Part shown: piece by piece, positions 33,401-46,782 of the stretch
Numbering within the stretch: the stretch's first letter is position 1
How the letters are laid out: the number at the start of each line of letters is the position of its first letter
NCBI GenBank assembly: GCA_043228905.1
Contig: JBHGNT010000008.1
Location: 2,604,001-2,668,000, forward strand
Direction of reading: 5' to 3'
Length of the DNA: 64,000 nucleotides
Source of the DNA: Azolla caroliniana
Taxonomy: Eukaryota; Plantae; Polypodiophyta
Made by a program: the position numbers and the translations under genes
The notes under the pieces: model-generated
The model's database searches: none
Told to the model about the DNA's origin: nothing
Seen by the model: only the letters and a program-made list of their open reading frames with translations

Positions 33401-36379
33401 AAGTGATGGAGACTCTGCCGTGTTCACCCCGCGCAAGGAACCGAGGAAACGGTTCACGCACAAAGAGAAGGGGAAGAGGAAGATGCCGGAATTCGAAACC
33501 GTCAACGATGAGTCGGATCGGTGCGTATTCGACTCCGGAAAGGAGAAAGGCAGATCTTCGGCAACGAAGACCGAACTAGCCAAGAAAGGCCTCAAATCGG
33601 GTGACGGTGCATTGCGCCGATCAACCCGTCAGAAGGATCCCGTCATGCGGTACGGGTACAATGAATACATGGCGCATCATTATGCGTACATGACTAAGGT
33701 GACAGAAGTGCGTGAGCCGGAGAGCTACGCAGAAGCGGCAAAGAACGCAAATTGGCATGCCGCTATGGACGAAGAAATGCGGGCACTCGATGCCAACGAA
33801 ACTTGGGACCTAGTTGATCCTCCCCGTCATTGTAAACGGATCAGATGCAAATGGGTGTACAAGGTCAAGTACAACGCCGACGGTTCTGTTAACCGGTACA
33901 AAGCCCGGCTAGTGGTGAAGGGATACGCGCAGACCCACGGAATCGACTACGACGAGACCTTCGCTCCTGTGGCGAAGATGACGACGGTACGTGTGGTACT
34001 GGCGGTTGCTGCAGCAAGGGGGTGGCATCTTCACCAGATGGATGTGAAGAACGCCTTCCTTCAAGGAGAGCTTGAAGAAGAAGTCTTTATGACTCAGCCC
34101 CCCGGATTTCAATCGGAGATGAACAAGTCAGCGGTATGCCAACTGAAGAAGTCGCTTTATGGCTTGAAGCAAGCCCCCTGAGCTTCGAACGCGAAGATCA
34201 CGCACCGGTTGCGTAAGCTGGGGTTTGATGTCTCTAAGTCGGACTCTTCGTTGTTCATCCGGCAAGGCTCTGACGGTCCGGTATGTATACTCTTGTATGT
34301 GGATGATTTAGTCATCACCGGACCAGGTCTTCCCGAAATCAACCGCGTCAAGTCCCAGTTGTCGGACGCATTCGAAATGAAGGACTTGGGGGACCTTCAT
34401 TATTTTCTTGGGCTCGAAGTGATCCGGATCCCTGACGGCATATTGCTCTCACAACGACATTACGTGTTGAATATGCTGTATAAGTTCGGCATGACGGATT
34501 GCCGACCTGTCTCCACACCCCTGGACCGGAACCAAAAGCTCCATCCCAACTCCGGACTGGCCTGCAATGAGAAACGGTTCCGATAGGTTGTCGGAAGCCT
34601 GATATACTTAACCATCACCCGACCCTACATCAGCTATCCGGTCGGCGTGGTAAGTCAGTTCATGCAGAAGCCGACCGTGGAGCACCTTCAGTGCGCGCAA
34701 CGAATATTACGGTATGTCAGCGGCACTAAGGACCAGGGACTGCTATACCAGCGAGGTATACCCGAAGAGCTTGTCGGTTACACAGATGCTGACTGGGCCG
34801 GCGATGCGTTTGATCGCCGCTCCACTTCCGGATACATGTTCTCCATAGGTAGCACAACCGTTGCGTGGAGCAGCAAGAAACAACCCACAGTGGCTTTGTC
34901 AAGCACTGAGGCTGAGTACCGGGCCGCTACCGTTGCCACTTGTGAAGCCATCTGGCTTCGGCGACTACTGCGAGACTTGCGGATCGAGGTACCGACCCCG
35001 ATCCCGATTTACGGCGATAACATGAGCAGCCTGCAGCTCGCCAGGAACCCTGTGTTCCATGCTCGCACAAAGCACATCGAGGTGCACTACCACTTCGTGC
35101 GTGAGCGGGTCCTGAGCGGTGAAGTTGACCTATGGTATGTTCATATGGATCGGCAAGTTGCCGACATCTTCACCAAGCCGCTCGGATCGGACAAGTTGCA
35201 ACACTTTATCGACATGCTTGGTATTCAGCATCTCGACGTGCCGCACTTGATGGGGAGAAGCAAGGGCAAAGTCTCTATCGAAACGGGCAAAGGCCAAAAA
35301 ACTGTTGAACTCGTCGGTAAGAGGAGAGCCGGAAGAAGAGGAGACGAGAAGATGAAGGAAGCCGAGTCGACGAAGGAAGTCGACACATCCGAACAGGTCG
35401 GAGCAAGCGGCTGTGAAGAAGAGTTGTGCACTCAGGAAGAGAAGTGCATGTTGTGCAGAGGTCATCACGACGGTACTGATACAGAGTCGAATGAAGAATT
35501 CGATTTCGGTTCACCGGCTGAAGAAGCCGAGGGAAGCATGGAGAAGGCCAAGACTCGGAAGTGGTCCGATGTGGTGAGAGGCCTACAGCCAGAAGTCGAA
35601 TCAGAGTGTACCGATTCGGAAAAGAGCTGGAACGAGTCGGAGACAACTGACTCAGATCAACAGATGGATCCGGATGAGTCGGATCGACTGAAGGCCAAGG
35701 GGACACGGACACAACGGAAGTCGATGCCATCATGGGAGAACCGACGGATCGGCAAGCGCCGGAGTCACAACAACGTGAGTGCTGAGATGGGCCTATTGAG
35801 CAGACATGCCGACCGAGAGGGTCGAGGCGCGCAGAACCAAAGCGGTCGCGGCAAACGGGACCGGACCGGACAAGGAGTGCGAGCAAGGCAGAGTGACGCC
35901 AGGAGAAGTCGGTTGGAAGAACCGACTACCACAGAGGTCGACACTACGACCCCACCTTAGGTTGAGCTTGAGGGGGAGTGTTGAGCGGCAAGCTCAACCG
36001 GAGCCGGATCGGTTGAATAAGCCGGAGCCGGTAAGCGAGATGGATCGGGCGAAACGGATCGGTATGACGGTGAGCAACCGAACCGGCAAGCAGTGGAGGC
36101 CGGGTGCAATCCGTAACCGGAAGTCCAATCGGAAGCCTAGTATAGGATAGACTACTAGGTAGCTATAGTCTCGTAGTAAGTGTCAGATGCTCGTGTGAGC
36201 ATTGAAGTACATAGTACTTCTGTCAGTCCCAAGAGGACTTGTATAAATAGTGCTACTTAGCACAATGTGTACATAGAGTGTTGATATAATTTTCAAATTG
36301 TGTTCTGCTCTCTCTGTCTCTCTGTCTCTCTCTCTGTGTTGTTCTCTGTTTTACGCTTCCGCAAACACTCACGTTCACA
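30439..36379 (+). mobile_element. Copia C (Ale/Ivana-like, lineage uncertain), full-length
   Basis: LTRs 30439-30847 and 35979-36379; tRNA-iMet PBS TGGTATCAGAGC at 30848-30859; PPT gagggggag; TSD CTTCT. Confidence 0.95.
30942..35960 (+). pseudogene. gag-pol: Copia C gag-pol in one frame with three in-frame stops (32922, 34179, 34584) and a long C-terminal extension
   Basis: CWYCGKKGHRESEC, WYVDSGAS, IHSDV, RSDGGKEY, YVDD, YTDADW, HARTKHIEV. Confidence 0.92.
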
Positions 36380-36489
36380 CTTCTCAATGAAAGAATTGGG
36401 TCCGGCAAGACAGATGTTGGGGATGCATATCATCCGGGACCATCCAACAAAGCAATTGTGGCTGTCACAAGAGAAGTACGTGACAAAGG

Positions 36490-39400
36490 TGATGGAAAAT
36501 TAATCGACACTTTCCAAACTTCACCTCTCGGCCACAACCAAGGAAACACACGAATCGTTGTTGCAGAAGATGGGAAATGCGAGAAATAGAGTGGACACAC
36601 GATTTAACGTGGAAAACCCTGTACGGGAAAAACCACGGGAGTACAAGACTCCGAACCAAAACTATGCACAGAGAAGTATACAATGGCGAGCTGCAAGGCG
36701 ACGACCTTGAGCTCGTTGTCCTCGCCACAGGCAGCGGAAATACACAGAGGCGTCGACCTCTTCCTCTCTCACGCTCTATCTCTCTCACGGCTGCTCTCTC
36801 TTCACTCCTCTTGAGTGGAAAAACAGAAAAATGAGTAGCAACATTAAAACTGTTTGCCCTAAGTCATATTTATACACATATGACTTTGGGGCTATTTACA
36901 ACTATAGCCTCAAGGGCCCTTGGCAAACATATTCACAGATATGTCCCCGCATCCGGATCTCTCTCCGGGTACATTCGTCATCCGGCTCCGAAGCCGGGGT
37001 CTTCATCATCCGGTTCCGAAACCGCAACCGGGCTTGTCGGCATTCATCTCCGATATCCGACCATCCCATCCGAAGGGACCGTAATCCCAACAAACTCCCC
37101 CTTCACTTCGGCATGGGATGTCTCTCCAATCCGATCCTCTTCCGGCATGCTTCCAGCTTGTCGGGTGTGAGCACCTTGGTCAGCATATCCGACCCGTTCT
37201 CATCCGTGTGGACCTTCGTCAGCACGAACTCCTTGTCTTCTATCCTTTCCCGGATCCAGTGATATCTTCGCTGGATGTGCTTCGTCCGGGAGTGATAGGC
37301 CGCGTTCTTCGCAAGGTGGATGGCACTCTGACTGTCGCAGTAGAGTCAGTACTCCTCCTGCTGGATACCGAGCTCTCTAATGAAGTCCTTCATCCATATT
37401 ATTTCCTTGCCGGCTTCAACAGCCGCCATGTACTCCGCCTCCGTGGTTGACAACGCAACCGTCTTCTGCAGCCTCGACTGCCATGAAACAGCTCCCCCTG
37501 CATACGTCATCACATACCCTGATGTGGACCGGCTGGTATCTGCATCAGCCGACATATCCGAATCGGTAAAGCCGTCGAGTTCGGGCTTACCGGAGCCGAA
37601 TCGGAGGCACACGTTTGCCGTGCCCTTCAGGTATCGGAGTATCCACTTGGCCGCGTTCCAATGCTCTTTTCCGGGATTGCTCATGTACCGGCTCACCACT
37701 CCGACTGCGTATCCAATGTCCGGTCTTGTACACACCATTGCGTACATCAAGCTTCTGACGGCAGAGGCATATGGCACTTTCATCATGTCCTCCTTCTCAG
37801 CCTTTGTCTTGGGGCTTTGCTTGCTGGACAGCTTGCAGTTTGCCGAGAGGGTCGATCCGACCGGTCTTGCTTCCGACATGTTGAACCGTTTAAGCACCTT
37901 TGTCACGTACTTCTCCTGTGACAGCCACAACTGCTTCTTGCTCCGGTCCCGGATGATGTGCATCCCTAGTATTTGTCTCGCCGGACCCAAGTCCTTCATT
38001 GAGAAGGTTCGGTGAAGAGCCTTCTTCAGCATCCGTATCTTGACCTGGTCCCGTCCGACGATCAACATGTCGTCCACGTACAGGAGGAGTATTAGAAAGT
38101 CTCCTCCTTCGAACTTCTTCACAAACACGCAGTGGTCGGACTGCGTTTTGAGGTACCCTTCGTCGGTCATGAAAGAGTCGAACTTCCGGTACCATTGCCG
38201 GGGAGCCTGCTTCAGTCCGTAAAGGCTCTTCTTCAACCGGCATACCAGGTGCTCCTTCCCTTTCTTCTCGAATCCTTCCGGTTGCTGCATGTAGATCTCT
38301 TCTTCGAGGTCACCGTGAAGGAATGCCGTCTTCACGTCCATCTGTTCTACCTCGAGGTCCATGATTGCCGCTATGCTCAGCACCGTCCGGATGGAGGTCA
38401 TCTTCACTACCGGGGCAAATATCTCGTCGAAGTCGACGCCCTTCTTCTACTGAAACCCCTTCACCACGATCCTGGCTTTGTATCTCGGGGGGTTTCCGGC
38501 ATCTCCCGGTTTCAGCTTGAACACCCACTTGTTTCGAAGTGCCCGCTTTCCTTTCGGCAACTCCACAAGTTCATATGTGTGGTTCTCATGCAGGGAATCC
38601 ATCTCGTCCTGCATGGCACTCAACCACCTGCGGCTCTGGGTGTCATGCTTTGCTTCTTCAAAGCTCTCCGGCTCCCCCTCATCGGTTAGCAGCACGTGCT
38701 CTGGTTCCGGAAATCTCCGGGGGGCCCTTCTCTCTCTTAGAGGATATCTCCGTTCCGGAACTTCGGTAACCGGTTCTTCCGATTCTTCTTCATCCGAATC
38801 CATTTCGGGATCGGGGCCAGTTCCGGTATCATTTTCATCTTCTTCGGCCGGTTCTGTTTCTTCACCGTCTTCGGCCGGATCCTCGAGTGCTAACCGGTCC
38901 CTTGCCGGTCGGGACTGCTCCTCGTAGAGTTGATCCTCACCGGTCGACTTGGAGCTCTTCATCTTCTTCTCCGACTCCCAGTCGGCGAGTGTCTTGTTCT
39001 CCATGAAGATGATATCACGACTCCGGAATATCTTCTTGTCGACCGGGTCCCATACTCGGTAGCCGAACTCGTCATCGCCGTAACCGAGGAATATGCATGG
39101 CCGGGTCTTTGGATCTAGCTTTCCTCTCTGGTCCTTAGCCACATGCACATATGCGAGACACCCGAACACCTTCAGATGCCGGTAGGATACTTCCCTGCCG
39201 GTCCACACTCTCTGCGGCGTGTCTCCGTCCAAAGGTACTAAGGGTGATCTGTTTATCACGTATGTCGCCGTCGACATTGCCTCAGCCCAAAACCCCTTGG
39301 GTAATTTCGCATGCGCCAGCATACTCCGGACCCTCTCCATTATGGTCCGGTTCATCCTCTCGGCCAGCCCGTTCAGTTCCGGCGTCTTCGGCACAGTAAA

Positions 39401-40731
39401 CTCGAGCCATATTCCCTTCGAGCGACAGTACTCCGCGAACTGCCCCCGGTATTCCCCTCCGTTATCCGCTCGTATCGCTTTCAGCTTCTTGCCGGATTCC
39501 CTTTCCACTCTCGCGTGGAGTTCTTTGAAGACGCACAACACTTGGTCCTTTGTCTTCAACGGTGCCGTCCACAGCTTCCGGCTGTGATCATCAATGAATG
39601 TTACGAAGTACTGGGCTCCGCCATGTGACTTCGTTTCTACCTGACACACATCAGAATGATGGCTTGCATTGCATCCTCCAGCGGGAACTTGATCGCCGCA
39701 AGCTGGTTCACGAATCCCATGAACGTGCTTACGTGTTCCACCATACTCTCGCCGTCCCGGTACTTGAGGTTCACTATCTTCCTCATCAGGGAGGTCCGGT
39801 TCAACGCATTCTTCCTCTCGTAGAGGCCCGACAGCTTCCGCCACATCTCATATGCGTTGATGTCGTTCGCCACATGTTGTAGAACGCTCACGTCCACGTA
39901 TTGCCGAATGGTTGCAACGGCTTTCCGGTTCAGAAGCCTCCATTCCGACTCAAGTACTCCCTTCGGTATTTCCGACCTGTCAATCGGTTCGTACAGGTCC
40001 CGAACAATCAGAACATCCTCCATCTTGATCTTCCAGTCGGCGTAATTCTGCGCATTCAGCACCATCATCCCCGGCTGCCCGCTGCCGCCGCCTTCCATTT
40101 TCTGCAGCAGCTCGCTCTGATACCAAATTGATGGAAAATTAATCGACACTTTCCAAACTTCACCTCTCGGCCACAACCAAGGAAACACACGAATCGTTGT
40201 TGCAGAAGATGGGAAATGCGAGAAATAGAGTGGACACACGATTTAACGTGGAAAACCCTGTACGGGAAAAACCACGGGAGTACAAGACTCCGAACCAAAA
40301 CTATGCACAGAGAAGTATACAATGGCGAGCTGCAAGGCGACGACCTTGAGCTCGCTGTCCTCGCCACAGGCGGCGGAAATACACAGAGGCGTCGACCTCT
40401 TCCTCTCTCACGCTCTATCTCTCTCACGGCTGCTCTCTCTTCACTCCTCTTGAGTGGAAAAACAGAAAAATGAGTAGCAACATTAAAACTGTTTGCCCTA
40501 AGTCATATTTATACACATATGACTTTGGGGCTATTTACAACTATAGCCTCAAGGGCCCTTGGCAAACATATTCACAGATATGTCCCCGCATCCGGATCTC
40601 TCTCCGGGTACATTCGTCATCCGGCTCCGAAGCCGGGGTCTTCATCATCCGGTTCCGAAACCGCAACCGGGCTTGTCGGCATTCATCTCCGATATCCGAC
40701 CATCCCATCCGAAGGGACCGTAATCCCAACA
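36490..40731 (-). mobile_element. Copia B (Tork-like, same family as copia D), internally deleted
   Basis: 603-bp LTRs 36490-37092 and 40129-40731 (2 differences seen); iMet PBS 40114-40125; TSD AAAGG. Confidence 0.95.
37103..40098 (-). pseudogene. gag-pol: Copia B gag-pol with a ~1.08-kb deletion and stops
   Basis: Nearly identical to copia D protein segments; lacks Zn knuckle, protease and N-terminal integrase. Confidence 0.9.
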
Positions 40732-41539
40732 AAAGGTGCTTCAACGGTTGAACATGTCAGATGCGAAACCGGTCGGATCCACACTCCCGGCAAACTACAG
40801 GTTATTTGGTAAGCAAAGCCCAAAGACGAAGGTAGAGAAGGCAAATATGATGAAGATACCATATGCCTCTATTGTCGGGAGCCTAATGTGCGCAATGGTG
40901 TGTACCCGACCGAATATCGGATATGCAGTCGGAGTGGTGAGCCGGTTCATGAGCAATCCCAACAAGGAGCACTGGAATGCGGTAAAATGGATACTCCGAT
41001 ACTCGAAAGGCACCTCAAGTATGTGTCTCCGATTCGGCTCTGGTAAACCCCAACTTGACGGTTTCACCGATTCAGATATGTCAGCTGATGCGGGTACCAG
41101 CCGGTCAACATCCGGATATGTCATGACATATGGGGGGGAGCTGTTTCGTGGCAATCAAGGTTGCAAAAGATGGTTGCGTTGTCAACCACAGAAGCGGAGT
41201 ACATGGCGGCTGTGGAAGTTGGCAAGGAAATACTATGAATGAAGGACTTCATCGAAGAGCTAGGGATCCGACAAGAGGAATACCGGCTCTATTGTGACAG
41301 TCAAAGTGCCATCCACCTTGCGTAGAACGCAGCGTATCATTCCAAGATGAAGCACATCCAGTGGAGGTACCACTGGATTCGGGAGCGAGTAGAAGACCGA
41401 GAGTTCGTGCTATCGAAGATCCACACGGAGGAGAATGGGTCGGATATGTTGACCAAGGTGCTGACGCCTGACAAGCTAGACGCATGTTGGAAGCGGATTG
41501 GATTGACGAGGCATCCCATGCTGGAGTGAACGGGGAGTT

Positions 41540-42175
41540 TGTTAGGATCTCGGTCCCTCCGGATGGGATACGAAGTACCCGGCATCGGAAGACCCAGAAC
41601 CGGATGATGTAGACTCGGTGAGAACCGGATGATGCAGACCTTGTGAGAACCAGATGACGAGTACCCGGCAAGGAAGACCCAGTGAGGACTGGATGTTGCA
41701 GGCCTGGTGAGAACCTCTCACTGGATGAAGGGACATATATGTAGATATATTTCTGAGAGCGCATTGGGGCTATATCTATAAATAGTCCTAATGTCATATT
41801 AGTATAATTGTGACCTAGGGCAAACATTGTGTATTATTATAGTTGTTGTTATTATCTTTGTATAGTGTTATTGGTGAAACGACTGTACTGAGAGAGAGAG
41901 AGAGAGAGCGATACAGAGCATGTCTTTGTTGTAACCGTCGCCAAGCGAAGATTGTGAGCAAGAGGTCATTGTCACTGTGCTCCCTATTGTACTCCTTTGA
42001 CATAGTGATAGTCTGGAGTCTGTGGACTCTCGTGGTTTTTCCCTCTGAGGGCTTTCCATGTTAACATCCTGTGTATTCTCTTTATGTTTGTGTACTTATC
42101 TCCATTCCCATTTCTTCTATGTTTGATTGTCATCAAGTGATGTATGCTTCGGTTGTGACCGGAGATTATTCCGCA
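41540..42175 (+). repeat. 3' LTR of copia A
   Basis: TGTTAGG start after the PPT; homologous to 27423-28059. Confidence 0.88.
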
Positions 42176-42282
42176 TATTTCTCGTCAGTTTCGACACATC
42201 CCCGCAAAAAACCATGACAACGTTTGTTTCCTATGGAATACTGAATATGATAAAACAATAAACAAAATCTAAAGTACTCAGT

Positions 42283-42345
42283 AGTAGCATTAGTGGTAAG
42301 TCAATTGTTTCCTATCTTGGAGGTGCAAGTTTCAAACCTTGCATT
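42283..42345 (+). other. Degenerate tRNA-like (SINE-head-like) segment
   Basis: A-box-like tagcattagtgg, B-box-like gtttcaaacc inside the stem tgcaag...cttgca. Confidence 0.35.
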
Positions 42346-43195
42346 CTATATGCACTCAAATGTTACTAGGCTTTAATTTGTTTTTTTAATATTTACAAGT
42401 GTTTGAGAAATGTGCATATGTTTAACCTTACATCTAGCCTTCCTTTTATGATTCTCATTTCAATCCTATTTACAACATGCTAGTGTACATGTGTGACCAT
42501 CACCCCTTCCACACGTGCACACATTGGACCTTCTCGATTTTATTCCTTCCGCAATCGCGTTACTACGCGCGTGCGTGGAGAAATGAGGCGGGACCACCGG
42601 GGTCTTGAACCAAAGAGCAGGTGATAGAAGGGGAAAGAGAAAGAGAGAGACGCTCGGTTACGTATGAGCAAAGAAACACAGGGACACGACCTTGTCAACG
42701 CAGAAGACACGAATGGACACAGAGACAGAGAGACACAAATGTTTGTATATTAATGAATGACAAATAAACAACAGAGCACGCGAGCGGTTACAACCGAACA
42801 GGCCGGCGAACAGATGTCGATGCCTGCTCGTCTGCGCACGAAAAGGGGATAGGATGGAGGTGCTGCCGGAAGCACATGTGCGTTCCTCGAAGCAGCGCGA
42901 GCCTCCCGAAAACCTGCAGAGAAGAGCGATGGAGAACGAACAGAGGAGAAGCGTTCCGTTTCGGTCCGATAGCACTTCGTCCCCCTTAATAATGCCCCCT
43001 ATCTCCTCGCGTCTCCCTCTCTTTTATAGCTTCAAGAAGGGAGCCGTTTCCCTCATTAACTTCCTATCTACCGAATCTAACTACCTAGGATATACCCTTG
43101 TACCTAATTCTCTATTATACACATTAAAGGGCGCGCACGCGTGAAGAGCCGGTTCACGCGCGCTATGCACCAATTGCGCTAAGGGACGGTTTTCT

Positions 43196-46100
43196 TCACG
43201 ACATCCGCCCCCATCTAACCACGCATCCACCGGTATGCGCCAAAATTGGGTTCTGGTTGGAGAAAACCGGTCCGGGTTCCGGTTCCTCGTCCATCGGTTC
43301 GTCCTCCGTTTCGGACTGTTCATCGTCGCTGTCCAGGCCTCTTAGATCCGGTTCGCCGTCGTGGCGCTTCTTGAACGCTTTGATCCGCTTCCCTGCTACT
43401 GGTATCGCCATCCTCGTACCGTTGAGTTCCGCTAGGTGATAGGTTCCGTTGTCGTTGGCGCTCGTTACCACGTAAGGCCCGAACCACCGCTTTGCAAACT
43501 TCCGTGTTGCCCGGTGTTGGTTGTCGATGCTGCTGTCGTAGACTAGCACCCAGTTGCCTTCCTCGATTTTCTTTGGTCGGAGCCGGTGCGTTCGGTCGAA
43601 CCGGGCTTTGTTCCTCATCCTCGCCGTCCGAAGTCTCTCCGCCGCTCGTTCCACGTCCTCCGGCCTCCGCTTGAGCTGTCGTATACGCACCACTAGCAGT
43701 TCTTCCCGGCTCATCTCGTCTCTCCAATCCACTGTCGCCCAAGAGGAGATCGTCCGTTCCATCGGCATGATCGGCTTCTGTCTGAACATGAGTTCTGACG
43801 GCATGAACCCGGTTACTGAACTGTGCGTTGTCCGGTCCGCCCACAAGGCATAAGGTAACAGTCGTGGCCAGTTCCCGACCTGGCCTCCGTACGCCCGGAC
43901 TAGCGCTTTGACGATCGGTCTGTGTCCACGCTCCACCTTCCCGTTCGCCTCCGGATTGTACGCTGTGGTGAGCGAGAGCTTGACCCCTAACCGGTCGATC
44001 AACTCCTCGGCCTCTTCGGCGTCCAACTCCCCGCGGTCAGCCACGATCTTCCCGATGCACTCGTACCGGCATATCATGTCCTCGATCAGGAACCGACACA
44101 CGGCCGCGGTCATTTTGTTCTGCAGGGCTCGGCCTTCCACCTGGTTCGTCAGGTCCTCCCGGGCCAGCACCAGATATCGCATCTGCCCTACACCCATCGG
44201 CATCGTCACCAAATCTACCATCCATTTGAAGTGGATGGCCGGAGGGTATGTAGGGTGAAGCTCATCCTGATGTCGGACTATGGAGTGTATTTGACAGCTC
44301 TCACAAGTTGTCACGAACCGATGCACGTCCCGGTACAATCCAGGCCACCAGTACTTCCCCTTTAGTTTCTCGAACGTGGCCCACGTCCCACGGTGTCCAG
44401 CCCAGGGGCTGTCGTGGTAGGCCTTCAGCAACTCCTCCTGTTCCTCCTCCATCGCCATTACTCGGAGCGGGATGTTGTTTCTCTTCTTCGGGTGCTTCCA
44501 CAAGTATCCGTCCCGGAGATAGAATCGGTATGCTTTCTTCCGGATCCGGTTGGCTTCGTTCTTTGTCCATGACGCATCCGGCGTCATCGTCCTCAAGAAT
44601 CCCCCAATCTGCAGCCACTCCCTGTCGTACTTGCTCTCGTTGAAATCGTTAAGCGCTGGAGTGCTCCCCCCCTCGGTTGTTACGTAAGTCGCCTTGAAGA
44701 AGTCCACGCCGACTTCCTCGTCCTCCGAAACCATGCCGCCCTCATCGTCGAATCGCGCCCTCGAAAGCATGTCGGCCATGGCATTGTCTTTCCCAGAAAT
44801 GTGTCGTATTTCCGGATCCAGGGACTTGATGTGCGCTATCCACCTGAGCATTGCTAGGTCTGGGGTTGCGCATCCAGAAACCATGCCGAGAATCGGTAGG
44901 CAGTCCGTCTCGATAATCACCTCTGTCCCGATTAGATAGTCTTTATCGGCCTTCACCGCCGAAACGATACCCCAGAGTTCGCGTTTAACCTGGGGGTATC
45001 CTCGTTGTCGCTCGCTGAGGACCTTCGCGCCGAACTGGATTGGGAACCGAATGCCGTCCTCATCTTCTTGGTTGACGACCCATCCGATCCCGGTCGGACT
45101 TGTATCTACCGTTATGTAGATGGGAGTGCCTTTCTCGTAGACAGCCTTCCGGAGTGTCGGACCTGCAGCAAGAGCCTCCTTCATCTTTCGGACCGACTCC
45201 GTATGCTCGTCTCGCCACTCGAATTTTCGCCCCTTTTTCAGCAACCCGTATAGCGGCTCGGCAACGTGGGCGTAATGCGGGATCCATATGTGGTAGAACG
45301 CGCATGCTCCGAAGAACCTCCGTACCTCCGTGACCGAGTTATAGTCGGGCTTCATTGCGGAGATGGTTTCCACCTTAGCCAGAGACGGTTTCCGGCCATA
45401 CGGTCCGCATAGATGTCCGACGACCATGATCTCTGATTGCCCGAAGGCCGATTTCTCCCCGGAGAAGGTGAGCCTCACGTCCTCTAGCCTTTGCAGCACC
45501 CTCTCGCAGTCGTCAATGTGTGTTGCCACGAATTTCCGGCATCCGTCCGGTCCGATCGTTTCTTCCTTTTCGTCCACCGGACATCCCTTGATCGGGATGT
45601 CGTCCAAGAATGGCATGGTGATGTCCGGGATACAATCCCTCAGCACCTTGTTCATCGCATTCACCATGTGGGCCACCGAGTTCGTCCCTCCTTGTGGCAG
45701 GGTACACATCCGCACTAGGCCGAGAGGATTCTGCATCGTCGTAATGTCTCTGCTCTCTACGGCTAGTTCGAACTGATTGTACCCCGAGTACAGATCACCG
45801 ACCGAGTAGATCGACCTTCCGGCAAAGGCCTCCGCGAACTCGTCTATCGTTGGTCCGATTCCTGCGTTCCGAATGGTCAATCTGTTGACCGGTTGCAGGT
45901 CTTGAATGAAGCGCAACATCCCGTTCTTCTTCGGTACGGTAAACCACCGGTTCAAGTAAGGGGCACTCGACGGTTCGAGGATGCCCATATCGACTTTCTG
46001 CCTCAACAGCTCCATCAGCTCCGGGATGTGAGCTCTCGGTACCGGAATTGATTTGAGATTCCACGGCACATGCGGTACCATGAATATCACCATCGGCTTC

Positions 46101-46782
46101 ACGACTGTCGGGTCTAAGCACCCGATCTCTTTCGGTGAGAATGTGAAGGCTTTCCCGTGCCTTCCGAGCATTCTCCGAAACTGGTCTTCTTCCGCTAGCA
46201 GTAGGAACCCCCTAAACCGATTTTGAGCTCCCGTAGCGTTCTGTCGGTGAAGGTGTGTCCTATGCAGGTCGGATCTCGTAAACTGGGGTCCGACGCGACC
46301 CCCTTGATTCGCAACTCGCTGCCTTCCGGTAAGGGTGCTGCGACTGGCCTTACCTTCCGGTCCACAGTCTTGTACTTCGTGTTAACCCGGGCTGTCCGAT
46401 CCGACTCGAGCCCCCGACTGAAGTCCGCGATGACTTCGTACATCTCTTCTGAACAAACCGGTATTGTCCGGTCCTCTTTAAGGCCCTCTCCGACCACCTC
46501 TCGCAGTATTCCCAAGGTATCGTCGAAGGAGACCGCCTCCACGGCTCCGTTGATTTCCTCGCTGGGCCCGAGAACTCCGCACGCCTGAAGTCGCTCTTCC
46601 GCCCTTGTCTTTTCTCGGCCAATGACGCCGACTATCGTACACCCTCCGTTGTCGGAGAAACAAAACTTCCTACTTATGGTACAAGGTTTCTTCGGTTTCG
46701 CCTCTATCGTACATTCGTGGGGTTTTTCCGGAGTGTCCGGACTATCGTGGCCCCATGCCTTGACAGCCCTCTCTAAAAATCC
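43196..46782 (-). pseudogene. pol: G2 pol: 991-aa open RT-RH-INT, with one frameshift near 46200 in the upstream linker
   Basis: GDLYSGY, LPQG, PFLDD, HHCC, DDE and GPY motifs. Confidence 0.93.

Larger units (their letters stand above)
27423..42175 (+). mobile_element. Copia A (Tork/Tnt1-like), decayed; end of 5'LTR, PBS and most of gag deleted; hosts copia C and copia B
   Basis: LTRs 27423-28059 (truncated) and 41540-42175; coding pieces 28060-30438, 36385-36489 and 40737-41529 join across the nested TSDs; PPT acggggag; TSD approximately TATTT. Confidence 0.88.
26642..42219 (+). mobile_element. Gypsy solo LTR (26642-27422 plus ~42176-42219) split by copia A and its nested elements
   Basis: TGTCGTGG...CCATGACA termini; flanked by ATGT/ACGT 4-bp TSD. 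Confidence 0.75.
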
